Virus record (IMG/VR): IMGVR_UViG_3300027749_003795
Location: 1 to 54,134 of that record
Length of the DNA stretch: 54,134 nucleotides
Strand: one strand, 5' to 3'
Source: a virus
Taxonomy: Duplodnaviria > Caudoviricetes
Shown one piece after another: positions 37,930 to 47,290 of this stretch. The notes below the pieces were generated by a model. That model was not told the origin of the DNA. It worked only from the letters and a program-made list of their open reading frames with translations, and did not search any database. The position numbers and the translations under genes are program-made. Each line of letters opens with the position of its first letter. The stretch's first letter is position 1.

Positions 37930-39148
37930 AGATCATCACGCCTGTGATTTTTGTGGAAAAAGTAAAGAGGATGTAGAAAAATTAATTGTTGGAGAACATG
38001 CTGCTATCTGCAATGACTGTATTAATCTCTGTAATGATATTCTAATTGATGAAAAAATTAAAGTACCATTAGAAAACTCTAAATTATTGAATCCTGTTAA
38101 AATTAAAGATTATCTTGATGACTATGTAATAGGACAAGATGATGCTAAGATTGCTTTGAGTGTAGCAGTCAGCCAACATTTTAAACGTATAAACAATCCT
38201 AGTCCTGATATAGAAATTGAAAAGACCAACGTGCTTATGCTAGGTCCAACAGGCTGTGGTAAAACTATGATGGCACGTAAGATTGCGGATTATTTAGATC
38301 TTCCCTTTGCTATTTGCGATGCCACAGGTATCACAGAAGCAGGATATGTAGGAGATGATGTTGAAAGTATACTTACACGTTTAATAAGTGAAGCAGATGG
38401 TGATTTAGAAAAAGCAAGTCGCGGTATCGTATACATTGACGAAATTGATAAAATTGCCAAAAAAGGTGAAAGTACCAGTATTACTAGAGATGTCAGCGGA
38501 GAAGGTGTACAGCAGGCATTGTTGAAAATGATTGAAGGTAGTATTATGAGAATACCTGCTACCAGTAAGAGAAAACATCCTGGCGGAGAAATGCAGGAAA
38601 TAGACACCAGGGGTATATTGTTTATATGTGGTGGTGCATTTGTGGGTATTGATAAAATTATTAAACACCGTACGGATGCTAAATCTGTTGGTTTTCATGC
38701 CAACGTAAAAAACAGTGAAGATGATACATCGGTATATAAAGAATTAAATACCAAAGACTTAATTAAGTATGGGTTGATTCCAGAGTTTGTTGGACGCTTT
38801 GGACTAATCATCAACGTTGAAGAACTCAAAGAAGAACAACTTGTACAAATTTTAGTAGAAACAAAGAATAGTCCAATCAAACAATATCAATACATGTTTA
38901 AATTGGATAAAATTAAATTGGAATTTGATAATGATTCATTAAAAGAAATCGCTGCCAAGGCCAAAGAACTCAAAACCAATGCTCGTGGATTAAAAAATAT
39001 TATAGAGAAGATACTACTACCCTATCAATTTGATGCTGTTGAACTTGTAGAACGCGGTTTATCATTAATTCGGATAAGTAAGAATACTGTGAATGGCGAT
39101 CAGGCCATTATGATTTTTGATAAAAATAAAAATGAGCAAACCAAATAG
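37916..39148 (+). CDS. clpX: ATP-dependent Clp protease ATP-binding subunit ClpX
   Basis: CDFC...CNDC zinc domain; GPTGCGKT; GYVG; YIDEIDK; [14 protein letters not shown]; RKH; VGF loop. Confidence 0.96.
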   Translation: MTKLKDHHACDFCGKSKEDVEKLIVGEHAAICNDCINLCNDILIDEKIKVPLENSKLLNPVKIKDYLDDYVIGQDDAKIALSVAVSQHFKRINNPSPDIEIEKTNVLMLGPTGCGKTMMARKIADYLDLPFAICDATGITEAGYVGDDVESILTRLISEADGDLEKASRGIVYIDEIDKIAKKGESTSITRDVSGEGVQQALLKMIEGSIMRIPATSKRKHPGGEMQEIDTRGILFICGGAFVGIDKIIKHRTDAKSVGFHANVKNSEDDTSVYKELNTKDLIKYGLIPEFVGRFGLIINVEELKEEQLVQILVETKNSPIKQYQYMFKLDKIKLEFDNDSLKEIAAKAKELKTNARGLKNIIEKILLPYQFDAVELVERGLSLIRISKNTVNGDQAIMIFDKNKNEQTK

Positions 39149-39365
39149 AGTATTCGGAAATAAGGTTATTGTTGGCGATCTACCCATAGCTGTAGCACTA
39201 AGGAAATTAAAACAAAAAGTAGAAGATTCTGGTCTTTTGGACGACTATCGTGCCAAGGAGTTTTACGAAAAACCTACCACTGCCCGAAAAAGAGCCAAAG
39301 GTGCAGCCAAAGCCCGCTGGCGTAAAAAGCTACGTGACCAACAATTACCCAAAAAAATGTATTAA
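39132..39365 (+). CDS. rpsU: Ribosomal protein bS21
   Basis: ALRKLK.KVE.SG......[19 protein letters not shown]. Confidence 0.9.
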   Translation: MSKPNRVFGNKVIVGDLPIAVALRKLKQKVEDSGLLDDYRAKEFYEKPTTARKRAKGAAKARWRKKLRDQQLPKKMY

Positions 39366-39371
39366 AATAGG

Positions 39372-39428
39372 TTGACATTATCTAAGATCTATTGTATAAT
39401 ATATACATAACTTAGATAGTTAAGTTAT
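39372..39428 (+). promoter_or_regulatory. sigma70-type promoter overlapped by inverted repeats
   Basis: TTGACA-N17-TATAAT; TATCTAAG (39379)/CTTAGATA (39411); ATAACTTA (39407)/TAAGTTAT (39421). Confidence 0.8.
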
Positions 39429-39475
39429 ATTTTTTAACCAATCCGGCATTGTGTCCGGTAAAAAGGAAACTTAAA

Positions 39476-40543
39476 ATGGCAGCAAAACGCCTCACACGTA
39501 AACTTACGGATGTAATTGCCGAAGTTGAAAAACAGCTTAAAGCACACTATGGTGTGACACAAAAAGATCTTGATGCATGGCGTGCTCGTGCAAAGGCTCT
39601 ATCACATAAATTCCCTGTCAGTGCAATGATAGAAATTGAAGATCTTTGGATTGACTATGAGGTGCAACGTGATGTTATTCATAAGCATATTATTAACATT
39701 ATGAAGAAGTGGGATCCACGCATCTGTGCAACTGGATCTGCTTGCCGAGTTCTTAATCGTCCAAATACCTATTTGTATGATGCACAGCATCGTACCATTG
39801 CCGCAGGTATTCTAGGATTTACAGAAGTTCCTTGTGCTGTTGTTGAAACAGACGACCCTAACTTTGCCAGTTATGCTTTTGAATTGCTCAACGACACAGG
39901 TGTTAAGCGTTTGACTCCTGGCGACTTACATCGTAATGCATTGGTTCGTTACAAGAACGGTAGCCGCGACAAGAAAGTTGTTAGTGCAAAAGTCATGCAA
40001 GATCAATTTGATACTGCCCGTATTGACTTGCAAGACAAGAACTCACGTGCCAGCGACAACTTGTGCGGCGACAACGAGTACTTCTTTAGTCACTTTAAAT
40101 ATGCCCAAAAGGGTATCGAAGTTGACGAAAAAGGTAAAGTGTTGTTGGAAATACTTACTGCAATCAAAGAAACTTTCCCAGTTGGTGACGAAATTGACCA
40201 AGGTGTTTACATTGGCCTGTTGGAATTGCACAAACTGTCCAAAGCAGAAACAGGTGCATTGCCTGCAGGTTGGATGAAAACTGTATTGTCAACAATCAAG
40301 ACAACGTTCAATCGTACAGCAGTTATTCATGCCAAGGCCAAAATACAGTGGGCTCATGTACGTCCGGGTGCTAGCTGGAGTGCTCCAGAAGCAATGAGTA
40401 ATTTCCTTCGTGAAATTTACATCTTGTCAGGCGGTACTATTAACTTGCCATACCACGGTGCAGGTTCTACTATGGGTATCCTTGAAGGTAACATTGCAGA
40501 AGGATTGATTCCTGAAAAAGTTATGGAAGCTGAACATGCTTAA
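39476..40543 (+). CDS. ParB/Srx-like (DGQHR-type) domain protein
   Basis: L.IDYEVQRD...YLYDAQHR; AAGGA RBS before MAAKRL. Confidence 0.65.
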   Translation: MAAKRLTRKLTDVIAEVEKQLKAHYGVTQKDLDAWRARAKALSHKFPVSAMIEIEDLWIDYEVQRDVIHKHIINIMKKWDPRICATGSACRVLNRPNTYLYDAQHRTIAAGILGFTEVPCAVVETDDPNFASYAFELLNDTGVKRLTPGDLHRNALVRYKNGSRDKKVVSAKVMQDQFDTARIDLQDKNSRASDNLCGDNEYFFSHFKYAQKGIEVDEKGKVLLEILTAIKETFPVGDEIDQGVYIGLLELHKLSKAETGALPAGWMKTVLSTIKTTFNRTAVIHAKAKIQWAHVRPGASWSAPEAMSNFLREIYILSGGTINLPYHGAGSTMGILEGNIAEGLIPEKVMEAEHA

Positions 40544-41102
40544 AGAAGCACTTGAAAACTTTACACCACCAGTGTACGGTAAGACTAAGCGTACTGCGGC
40601 TACTTATAAAACAGTAGCCCAGCATTGCTCAACACATCTAAATCGTTTGGTAGGAGAATATCAAACAATTAAAAATGATCAACAATGGCTGCGAGAAGTT
40701 CGTAATGATATTGACTACTACCTACGCCGATATCATGAATACTGTATCAAACAGCGTGATGGCATGATGGCTCACTATCATGAAATTGATGCCGATGACG
40801 ACACTGACTTTGAACATCTTATTCCTGCTGCTCGTATAAGAGATTTATTGTTGGCAGGAGTAATTACTACAGATCAGTCGCTCAATGCACCTACTGTACG
40901 GTTAAGTCGTAGTAAACATCACGAGTTAAAAGAAACTGGATGGGCTAGTCATACACCAGATATGTGGTTGCCGTTTTTACGTTATTCAAATGTGTTTAAG
41001 GCCAATTTTGAGACACATGATGGAACTACAATTGATCCAGAAATATGGACACTGGAAAAACACTTTGAGTATTTTAAACATCTTGTCATTGACAAAGATT
41101 AA
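40536..41102 (+). CDS. Hypothetical protein with an HNH-like EHxxP motif
   Basis: DFEHLIP...H..L...PF.RY; overlaps the upstream gene. Confidence 0.55.
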   Translation: MLKEALENFTPPVYGKTKRTAATYKTVAQHCSTHLNRLVGEYQTIKNDQQWLREVRNDIDYYLRRYHEYCIKQRDGMMAHYHEIDADDDTDFEHLIPAARIRDLLLAGVITTDQSLNAPTVRLSRSKHHELKETGWASHTPDMWLPFLRYSNVFKANFETHDGTTIDPEIWTLEKHFEYFKHLVIDKD

Positions 41103-41117
41103 TGTTTAATGTAAAAT
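41089..41117 (+). promoter_or_regulatory. sigma70-type promoter
   Basis: TTGACA-N17-TAAAAT; -35 lies inside the upstream CDS. Confidence 0.7.
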
Positions 41118-41139
41118 AGTAATTTAATAGAAAGTAATT

Positions 41140-41670
41140 ATGGCAAAGCACCTTATGGTGGACCTTGAGACTATGGCAGTCTCTCCCAATGCTGTTATCC
41201 TTACACTAGGAGCAGTACACTTCAATCCCTACGGAACTGGATATTCAGATAAAATTTATTTCCGTGTAAGCATTGACGATCAAGATGCTCTAAATAGAGA
41301 AGTAGATCCTGCTACTTTGGATTGGTGGGCAAAACAAGATCCAGTAATTATGGAAGAAGCATTTAGCTCTGATAACAGATTGCCTTTAGCAGAAGCTATA
41401 GATCAATTCCATAAGTTTGCTTGGGGCTGTAGTGCTTTTTGGGCCCACGGTAGTTGTTTTGATATTGTAATTTTGGAAAACATTTACCGTCAATTAGGAA
41501 AACCAGTACCATGGAATTATTGGCAAATACGTGATACTCGTACATTGTTTGATTTAGGATTTGATCCAGATATGCCTAAAGGCGGAAAGCATGATGCATT
41601 AGAAGATGCTATCCGTCAGGCAGTGGGTGTACAGAATATGTATCGCAAGTTGAATATTAGAGAACGCTAG
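41140..41670 (+). CDS. DEDDh 3'-5' exonuclease (Rv2179c-like)
   Basis: HLMVDLET; W.HG..FD; RDTRTL; HDALEDA..QA. Confidence 0.88.
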   Translation: MAKHLMVDLETMAVSPNAVILTLGAVHFNPYGTGYSDKIYFRVSIDDQDALNREVDPATLDWWAKQDPVIMEEAFSSDNRLPLAEAIDQFHKFAWGCSAFWAHGSCFDIVILENIYRQLGKPVPWNYWQIRDTRTLFDLGFDPDMPKGGKHDALEDAIRQAVGVQNMYRKLNIRER

Positions 41671-41672
41671 AC

Positions 41673-42098
41673 TTATTTAAACCAGCCTAATTTTTCTCCA
41701 GATTCTTTTCTACGTTCTGCTTCTTCCCTACTACCCGGCAATCTACTTGCCCAAATTATAATCAGTGCAAAGAATATACCCATGCCCATTGTGGCCTTCC
41801 AATTCTGTGTGGCAAACCAAAAGATAACTAAACTAACATCCATGCTTATAAACATGAACCATTTGCCTCTGGTTGGGAATACGCTACCTGCTTGCCAATC
41901 TCGGATGAAAGGTCCAAATAATTTATGGTTCATCATGTAGTCATGGAACTTCTTACTGCTACGAGCAAAACAGTAGGTTGCAATCAAACTAGGCGTTGAC
42001 CATGGAATTCCGGGCACAATTATTCCAATATAAGCTATTCCCAAAAACAATATACCTGTGGTAAACCAAAGTGCTTTTTTAATTTTTTCCATAATCAA
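41673..42098 (-). CDS. YbaN/DUF454-family inner membrane protein
   Basis: IGI.VPGIP.STP...A.YCFARSS.KFH.....HKLFGPFIRDW. Confidence 0.85.
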   Translation of the reverse strand: MIMEKIKKALWFTTGILFLGIAYIGIIVPGIPWSTPSLIATYCFARSSKKFHDYMMNHKLFGPFIRDWQAGSVFPTRGKWFMFISMDVSLVIFWFATQNWKATMGMGIFFALIIIWASRLPGSREEAERRKESGEKLGWFK

Positions 42099-42130
42099 TC
42101 CTTTTAACTATTTAACGGTTTGAAAACCTC

Positions 42131-42159
42131 TTGACTAATTTACCAGTTTAGTGTATAAT
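42131..42159 (+). promoter_or_regulatory. sigma70-type promoter (leaderless transcript)
   Basis: TTGACT-N17-TATAAT, 6 nt before the ATG at 42166. Confidence 0.75.
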
Positions 42160-42165
42160 ATCAGT

Positions 42166-42519
42166 ATGGCAACAAAGAACGCATTCATCTTTAGTTGGGA
42201 TAATTTGGGCATTGATTCCATTATTCCTATCTCTCAATATGAGCATATAGAACAGCAAAATTTAATCCGTATTCTCAGTGAAAAGCCCACAATAAAAAAC
42301 CCACTCAGCGGTGTCGTACGAAGTTTGTTATTGCGAGCACAATTTAATCCACAACGGCATTATGAAATTTATGCCATTGATTGTACTGAGGATATGGATG
42401 AAGTATTTTGGAGAGAGCAGTGGGAAGAATATCCACAGGCCACAGCAGAATTGATCAGAGAACGCGGTCATAAATTATATTGTGATCGAGCAAACACAAA
42501 GCAGATAAAGATAACATGA
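42166..42519 (+). CDS. Hypothetical protein
   Basis: Start moved to the ATG after the promoter; LRAQFNPQRHYEIY motif. Confidence 0.7.
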   Translation: MATKNAFIFSWDNLGIDSIIPISQYEHIEQQNLIRILSEKPTIKNPLSGVVRSLLLRAQFNPQRHYEIYAIDCTEDMDEVFWREQWEEYPQATAELIRERGHKLYCDRANTKQIKIT

Positions 42520-43331
42520 AAATTAGTCTAGTATCAGATTTACATTTAGAATTCGGCTACCAAGAACTTCCTGGGGGCGAAGTACTGATCTTGGCTGGAG
42601 ATATTGCTGAGGCACGTAGCATCAGCAAGCATCACCACAGCACTAAACTCATCCAAGATACTCCAGATACCTTTTATCGTTGTTCAGAGTTCTTCAAGTG
42701 GGAATGTGAAAAGTATGATCAAGTGTTTATGGTTATGGGAAATCATGAACATTATCACGGGAGATTTGATAAGACCTACAATGAATTAAAAAGCATCTTA
42801 CCTAAGAATGTAACCTTGTTAGAAAACGAAGTTGTTAATTACAAGGGTGTTATGTTCATGGGTGCTACACTATGGACTGACCTTAACAAGGGTGATAGCA
42901 TTACCGCATTTACTCTTAAATCATTCATGAATGATTATAAACTTATAACTAATCATTATCCTGCTAAAGATGTGTATCATAAACTAACACCCGAGCATAC
43001 TGCTGGAGTACATTTTAAGACTAAACAATACTTTAAAACCGTGTTGGAAATGAATCGTGACAAACCTTTTGTTGTCATTACTCATCACGGTCCTAGTTAT
43101 GCAAGTATCAATGACAAATACAAGAACGAGCAAACTATGAATGGGGGATACACCAGTGACCTAAGTGAATTGATTTTAGATTTTCCTAACATCAAAACTT
43201 GGGTACATGGCCATCTGCATGATCCAGTTGATTACATGATTGGTGATACCCGTGTGGTTAGTAATCCTCGTGGCTACATTGGTCACGAAGATACTAGTGG
43301 ATTTAAACCTGACTTTTACTTTGAGATATAA
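42516..43331 (+). CDS. Calcineurin-like metallophosphoesterase
   Basis: SDLH; AGDI; GNHEHY; THHGP; HGHLH; NPRGY. Confidence 0.9.
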   Translation: MKISLVSDLHLEFGYQELPGGEVLILAGDIAEARSISKHHHSTKLIQDTPDTFYRCSEFFKWECEKYDQVFMVMGNHEHYHGRFDKTYNELKSILPKNVTLLENEVVNYKGVMFMGATLWTDLNKGDSITAFTLKSFMNDYKLITNHYPAKDVYHKLTPEHTAGVHFKTKQYFKTVLEMNRDKPFVVITHHGPSYASINDKYKNEQTMNGGYTSDLSELILDFPNIKTWVHGHLHDPVDYMIGDTRVVSNPRGYIGHEDTSGFKPDFYFEI

Positions 43332-43332
43332 A

Positions 43333-43728
43333 ATGGATATAACTGTTTATAGTCGAAATCGGTTGTACGAAACATTCTCTAATTGGGAGGTTCCTAGAGA
43401 ATTTGCTGATACTATTGCTAACTATTTGATCTATGGTTACCAACCCGGCAGTTGTTTTACTGCTGTGTTATCCAATGACTTTATGGGTGCTATGCGTAGT
43501 AGCCATCCTGCTAATAGTATTGAGGCATTTAAGAATTTGGCCAGTTGGATCAACGAACACTGTCCTAAAGAAGCATACGGAAGTTATGAAAAAGTAGATG
43601 CATGGTGTGATATAACATCGGCTATGCGTCGGCCAATTTTGGAAAAACGCAGGCTTGTATTCACTGAAAAAGAAGAAGTATGGATGTCTCTAAAAGGTGA
43701 GCAAACCGTAGAATCTGTGTTGTATTAA
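43333..43728 (+). CDS. Hypothetical protein
   Basis: ATG right after the upstream stop; YL..GY.PGS.FTAVL.ND. Confidence 0.7.
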   Translation: MDITVYSRNRLYETFSNWEVPREFADTIANYLIYGYQPGSCFTAVLSNDFMGAMRSSHPANSIEAFKNLASWINEHCPKEAYGSYEKVDAWCDITSAMRRPILEKRRLVFTEKEEVWMSLKGEQTVESVLY

Positions 43729-43729
43729 T

Positions 43730-44077
43730 ATGGTAACACAAACTGATCAGTTTCTACAAAGGGATGCACACTTACCTAAACCCAAGTACAACTATGGGGA
43801 TAGAGTTTTTGCTCGACTCAACAAAGTCCCCATAGTTGGAATGGTTATAAGACAAGTTGAAGATAATGTACTTGTACATTCGTATCTACCTCTCAGAGTA
43901 GAAGAACAAATTAGATATATTGTATCAGTACCAATGAAAGGTATGACACGATTAATAGATATGAATGGGTCTTGTCATTGTGGGCGTACTTTAGATCCAA
44001 ATGGAGATTGTGATACTAGCCATTCATTAACTGAAGAGCAATATCAAAAAATGCTTAAACGTAGGAAAACAAAATGA
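43730..44077 (+). CDS. SH3-like N-terminus plus a CDGSH-like metal/Fe-S motif
   Basis: PKY.YGDRVF; CHCGRTLDPNGDCDTSH. Confidence 0.5.
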   Translation: MVTQTDQFLQRDAHLPKPKYNYGDRVFARLNKVPIVGMVIRQVEDNVLVHSYLPLRVEEQIRYIVSVPMKGMTRLIDMNGSCHCGRTLDPNGDCDTSHSLTEEQYQKMLKRRKTK

Positions 44078-44175
44078 CCTGGGATTTATTTTTTGGATTT
44101 TTAATTGGATATATTGTAGGAGTACTATATATGTGTTATCGTTCTAATGAAGATTCTAGGAGATATATAGAATGA
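44074..44175 (+). CDS. 33-aa single-TM peptide
   Basis: Hand translation MTWDLFFGFLIGYIVGVLYMCYRSNEDSRRYIE; AGGA RBS; overlaps both neighbours. Confidence 0.55.
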   Translation: MTWDLFFGFLIGYIVGVLYMCYRSNEDSRRYIE

Positions 44176-44381
44176 ACAATTTAATCAAAGAACTTGAGCC
44201 CCAATGTTGGGAACACAACGAATTTGGACTTAATTTCAATTACGAAAAGTTTGCCAAGTTGATTATACAAGAGGCTGGAGAAGCATTCTGGAGTGAGGCG
44301 TGTAATGTCAGTGATTTAGCCTACGAAGAATATTATCGTAATAGAAAGAAAATTAAACAACATTTCGGAGTTGAACTATGA
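44172..44381 (+). CDS. Small phage hypothetical protein
   Basis: EKFA.LII.E...IKQHFGVE pattern; AGGAG RBS. Confidence 0.7.
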   Translation: MNNLIKELEPQCWEHNEFGLNFNYEKFAKLIIQEAGEAFWSEACNVSDLAYEEYYRNRKKIKQHFGVEL

Positions 44382-44602
44382 TAGAAATTTTTATACCTGT
44401 ATTGTTTATATGCATGAATGGTAACTGCGATTTCATGCAGGCACAGAATGTTTATAAGTCAGAAGCACAATGCAGAGTGTCAATTGATAATCAAAAAAAA
44501 CACATGCTTGAAGTTGCTGATCGCGCCGGGCAAGGCAAATACACAGTGTTAGAAGGTACTTGCATCAATACTAAAATCAATAGTCCAGGAAAACAAGTAT
44601 GA
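44378..44602 (+). CDS. Small Cys-containing exported/membrane protein
   Basis: Hydrophobic N-terminus; four Cys. Confidence 0.65.
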   Translation: MIEIFIPVLFICMNGNCDFMQAQNVYKSEAQCRVSIDNQKKHMLEVADRAGQGKYTVLEGTCINTKINSPGKQV

Positions 44603-44853
44603 GCAGTACCGTACGCATATCATGGAGTCGTGAGTTTGATGATCGACAACGTTGGAACGATGTATGTGCCTGGGCTATTGAACATTTTGGTCTACCTGGA
44701 GATAGATTCCAAAGCCATGCCAATGTCAACTATATGGACTTTGTTTTCAAAAGTAATAAAGATGCACTTCTTATGGCCCTGATGTGGAACGCTCCAATTG
44801 TGCCCGACGATGATCTCACCGTAGAACACGTTGGGCGTCTGTTCAATGCTTAA
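44599..44853 (+). CDS. KWS-array paralogue 1
   Basis: W.IEHFGLPG.RF...F.FKSNKDALLMALMW. Confidence 0.65.
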   Translation: MSSTVRISWSREFDDRQRWNDVCAWAIEHFGLPGDRFQSHANVNYMDFVFKSNKDALLMALMWNAPIVPDDDLTVEHVGRLFNA

Positions 44854-45166
44854 GAAACGTGCTATGGCTGCGGGCAGACAATTGGGTAAGACTGATTGGA
44901 TAAACAACATGGCTAAAGGATGGATAGATGAAATCAACGTGAAACGCCTTGAAACTGGTTACGCTGACAATCAACCTAAATGGCCCTATTGGGTTCGACC
45001 ATACAACTATGATATCGGAGAGTGGCAAGATATGAACCAGTGGATGTTTAACACAATGGGTGATAATAATTGGCTTACAGAAAATGCTCGTTGGGTGGGC
45101 AGTAATTCAAAGTACTGGTTCCGTGATGAACGTGATCGCACTATGTTTATTTTGAAGTGGTCATAA
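44846..45166 (+). CDS. KWS-array paralogue 2
   Basis: W...TMG...RW...YWFRDERDRTMFILKWS. Confidence 0.7.
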   Translation: MLKKRAMAAGRQLGKTDWINNMAKGWIDEINVKRLETGYADNQPKWPYWVRPYNYDIGEWQDMNQWMFNTMGDNNWLTENARWVGSNSKYWFRDERDRTMFILKWS

Positions 45167-45381
45167 TGAAAACTCCATTTTATAAATTAAGTAATCTTCC
45201 AAGACTGGAAAAGCAATTAACACCATTTGTTAATAAAATGATGGAATTACCAGCAGAAGATCGAAAAGCAGAATCACATAAAATTTTGGATAAATTTAAT
45301 ATATCAGTCGATAATGACATGGAATGGTGCATTTGGAAAACTGATAAAGATTATACAATGTTTGTTTTGAAGTGGTCATGA
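45166..45381 (+). CDS. KWS-array paralogue 3
   Basis: TAATG coupling; WKTDKDYTMFVLKWS. Confidence 0.7.
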   Translation: MKTPFYKLSNLPRLEKQLTPFVNKMMELPAEDRKAESHKILDKFNISVDNDMEWCIWKTDKDYTMFVLKWS

Positions 45382-45677
45382 GTAATTTACAAGATCAAAT
45401 ATTAACTAAGATTGCTAAACAAATGCAACAAGAAATTGATGATGAGTTCATGGCAACTCTTCAATATAAACCGCATATTAAAATACACGACCAAAGTACG
45501 GTCGATGGTGAGACATGGTATACAGTGTCATGCTCTCATGTAGCATCACGATGGATGCGATCACAGTATCGAGAATTGTGGCACGAACATATACAAAATA
45601 AATGGGATGTGATTCATAACACATTTGACGTACACGAAAAACTTTATACTATGATGGCATTGAAATGGAGTTCATAA
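45378..45677 (+). CDS. KWS-array paralogue 4
   Basis: ATGA coupling; FDVHEKLYTMMALKWSS. Confidence 0.7.
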   Translation: MSNLQDQILTKIAKQMQQEIDDEFMATLQYKPHIKIHDQSTVDGETWYTVSCSHVASRWMRSQYRELWHEHIQNKWDVIHNTFDVHEKLYTMMALKWSS

Positions 45678-45973
45678 TGGCAACAACCATACCCGGCTTT
45701 CCTAATATTAGTACAAGTGTGTTTAATGGTGTCTCGATGGAACCAGAACTTGCTGCAATGAAAAAAGGTACGGCCAAAAGTTGGCTTGGTGAATATCATT
45801 GGGTATCACTACCCGTTACCGATAAGAACAAATATGATGATATAGTTACTCCTGCTATAGATTGGTGTCGAGAACACTTTGGCAAGAGTGGAGCACGTTG
45901 GTTTGAAAAAGATAAGAAGTTTTATTTCAAAGATGAAAAAGATGTGACTATGTTTATATTGAGGTATTCTTGA
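45677..45973 (+). CDS. KWS-array paralogue 5
   Basis: TAATG coupling; WCREHFG..G.RW...FYFKDEKDVTMFILRYS. Confidence 0.7.
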   Translation: MATTIPGFPNISTSVFNGVSMEPELAAMKKGTAKSWLGEYHWVSLPVTDKNKYDDIVTPAIDWCREHFGKSGARWFEKDKKFYFKDEKDVTMFILRYS

Positions 45974-46185
45974 AAACGGTTACCTTATATATAGATGCCT
46001 CAAGAACTATGGAAATAGTTCGTGAACTTAGACAACAAGGAATGATACAAGGTACAGACTTTGAGTTTACCTACGTGAGCTCCACGGAACATATCATGGC
46101 AAAAGCACCTATGCCAAGACATACAATCTTTGCTTTCCACACAGACAAATACGCTACTTTCTTTGCACTTAAATACTCTATATGA
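45970..46185 (+). CDS. KWS-array paralogue 6
   Basis: TTG start overlapping the upstream stop; FAFHTDKYATFFALKYSI. Confidence 0.65.
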   Translation: MKTVTLYIDASRTMEIVRELRQQGMIQGTDFEFTYVSSTEHIMAKAPMPRHTIFAFHTDKYATFFALKYSI

Positions 46186-46991
46186 AAAACTTCTTTATTA
46201 TATTAATGATGTTTGTAACATCTGCCTACTCTGCTACAACAGGCTCTTATGCGTTATATGATTATAGTTCTGCTAGTTATGTTGTAAGATACAATCACAT
46301 AGAAGTTCGTAGTATTGCCAGTATTACAAAATTATTCACTGCAATAACAGTATTGAATAGTGGAGTTGATCTTAATGAAAAAATCTACATAGATGGTCGT
46401 AGTGCAGGACATGTTATAAGAGGCACATATATGACTCGTATGGATCTTATGCGGGCTATGATTATTACCAGTGACAATAGAGCAGCAGAAACACTAGCCT
46501 ATCATCATCTAGGTGGCTTTGATAAATTCTTATTTGATGTTAATAACTATGTAAAAGATATCACATTAGAGAATACTACAATTGTAGACAGTACTGGTCT
46601 CAAACCGGGTAATCGCAGTACTGCCCGTGAACTTATAGAATTTTTATATCGTATTAAAGACAATCCAGTAATACGTAAAATTGCTCATGAACGTAATATG
46701 GTTTTAAAAGTACCCAAGGGTAAAAAAACTATTACAATTAATCTAAGAAATACAAATCCAGATCTATTTGTATATGATAACATCTTAATTAGTAAAACTG
46801 GATTTACCAATCCTGCTGGCCGATGTGTACTTATGTTAGTGGAAAAGAATAATGAATTATTTGGAGTAGTTGTTCTTGGACAAACTAATGTCAAGAATCG
46901 TAGCCATGTAGTAGAAGACCTACTAAGTATTGATGTGGAACCTACTCTTATACCTAAAATAAGTAGTACATTAGAATTTAATATTGAATGA
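46182..46991 (+). CDS. Peptidase S11 D-Ala-D-Ala carboxy/endopeptidase (PBP7/PbpG-like)
   Basis: Signal peptide; SITK (SxxK), SDN and KTG motifs. Confidence 0.9.
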   Translation: MKNFFIILMMFVTSAYSATTGSYALYDYSSASYVVRYNHIEVRSIASITKLFTAITVLNSGVDLNEKIYIDGRSAGHVIRGTYMTRMDLMRAMIITSDNRAAETLAYHHLGGFDKFLFDVNNYVKDITLENTTIVDSTGLKPGNRSTARELIEFLYRIKDNPVIRKIAHERNMVLKVPKGKKTITINLRNTNPDLFVYDNILISKTGFTNPAGRCVLMLVEKNNELFGVVVLGQTNVKNRSHVVEDLLSIDVEPTLIPKISSTLEFNIE

Positions 46992-47266
46992 GAATTAATC
47001 CAGATGAGACTATAGAGTCATGGGCGAATCGTGTTAGCATGTTTGAAAAAGGTCGTGCTATGCAACGTATCGCCCGAGGTGACGATATAGAAACAGTTAT
47101 AGAAGATATGAGTCGTAGGATCACAGATAAGATAATACATCCTGTATTAAAGGAAATTGATAAGTCAATAATATCCACTTTTGATTCGGTGCAAAGTAAT
47201 AAAGATTATCAAGAAAAAATGGAAAATGTAGCAAGAGCTGCGGATCATGTTGACATCGATACATGA
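46988..47266 (+). CDS. Stand-alone protein resembling the C-terminal dimerization domain of glutamyl-tRNA reductase
   Basis: EKGRAMQRIARGDDIETVIEDMSRRITDKIIHP fits the E..RA...L..G.D...V....S..L..K..H.P pattern of proteobacterial HemA C-termini. Confidence 0.55.
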   Translation: MRINPDETIESWANRVSMFEKGRAMQRIARGDDIETVIEDMSRRITDKIIHPVLKEIDKSIISTFDSVQSNKDYQEKMENVARAADHVDIDT

Positions 47267-47278
47267 TTTATCTATAAT
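47250..47278 (+). promoter_or_regulatory. sigma70-type promoter of dnaK
   Basis: TTGACA-N17-TATAAT. Confidence 0.85.
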
Positions 47279-47290
47279 AAATAAATGCAC

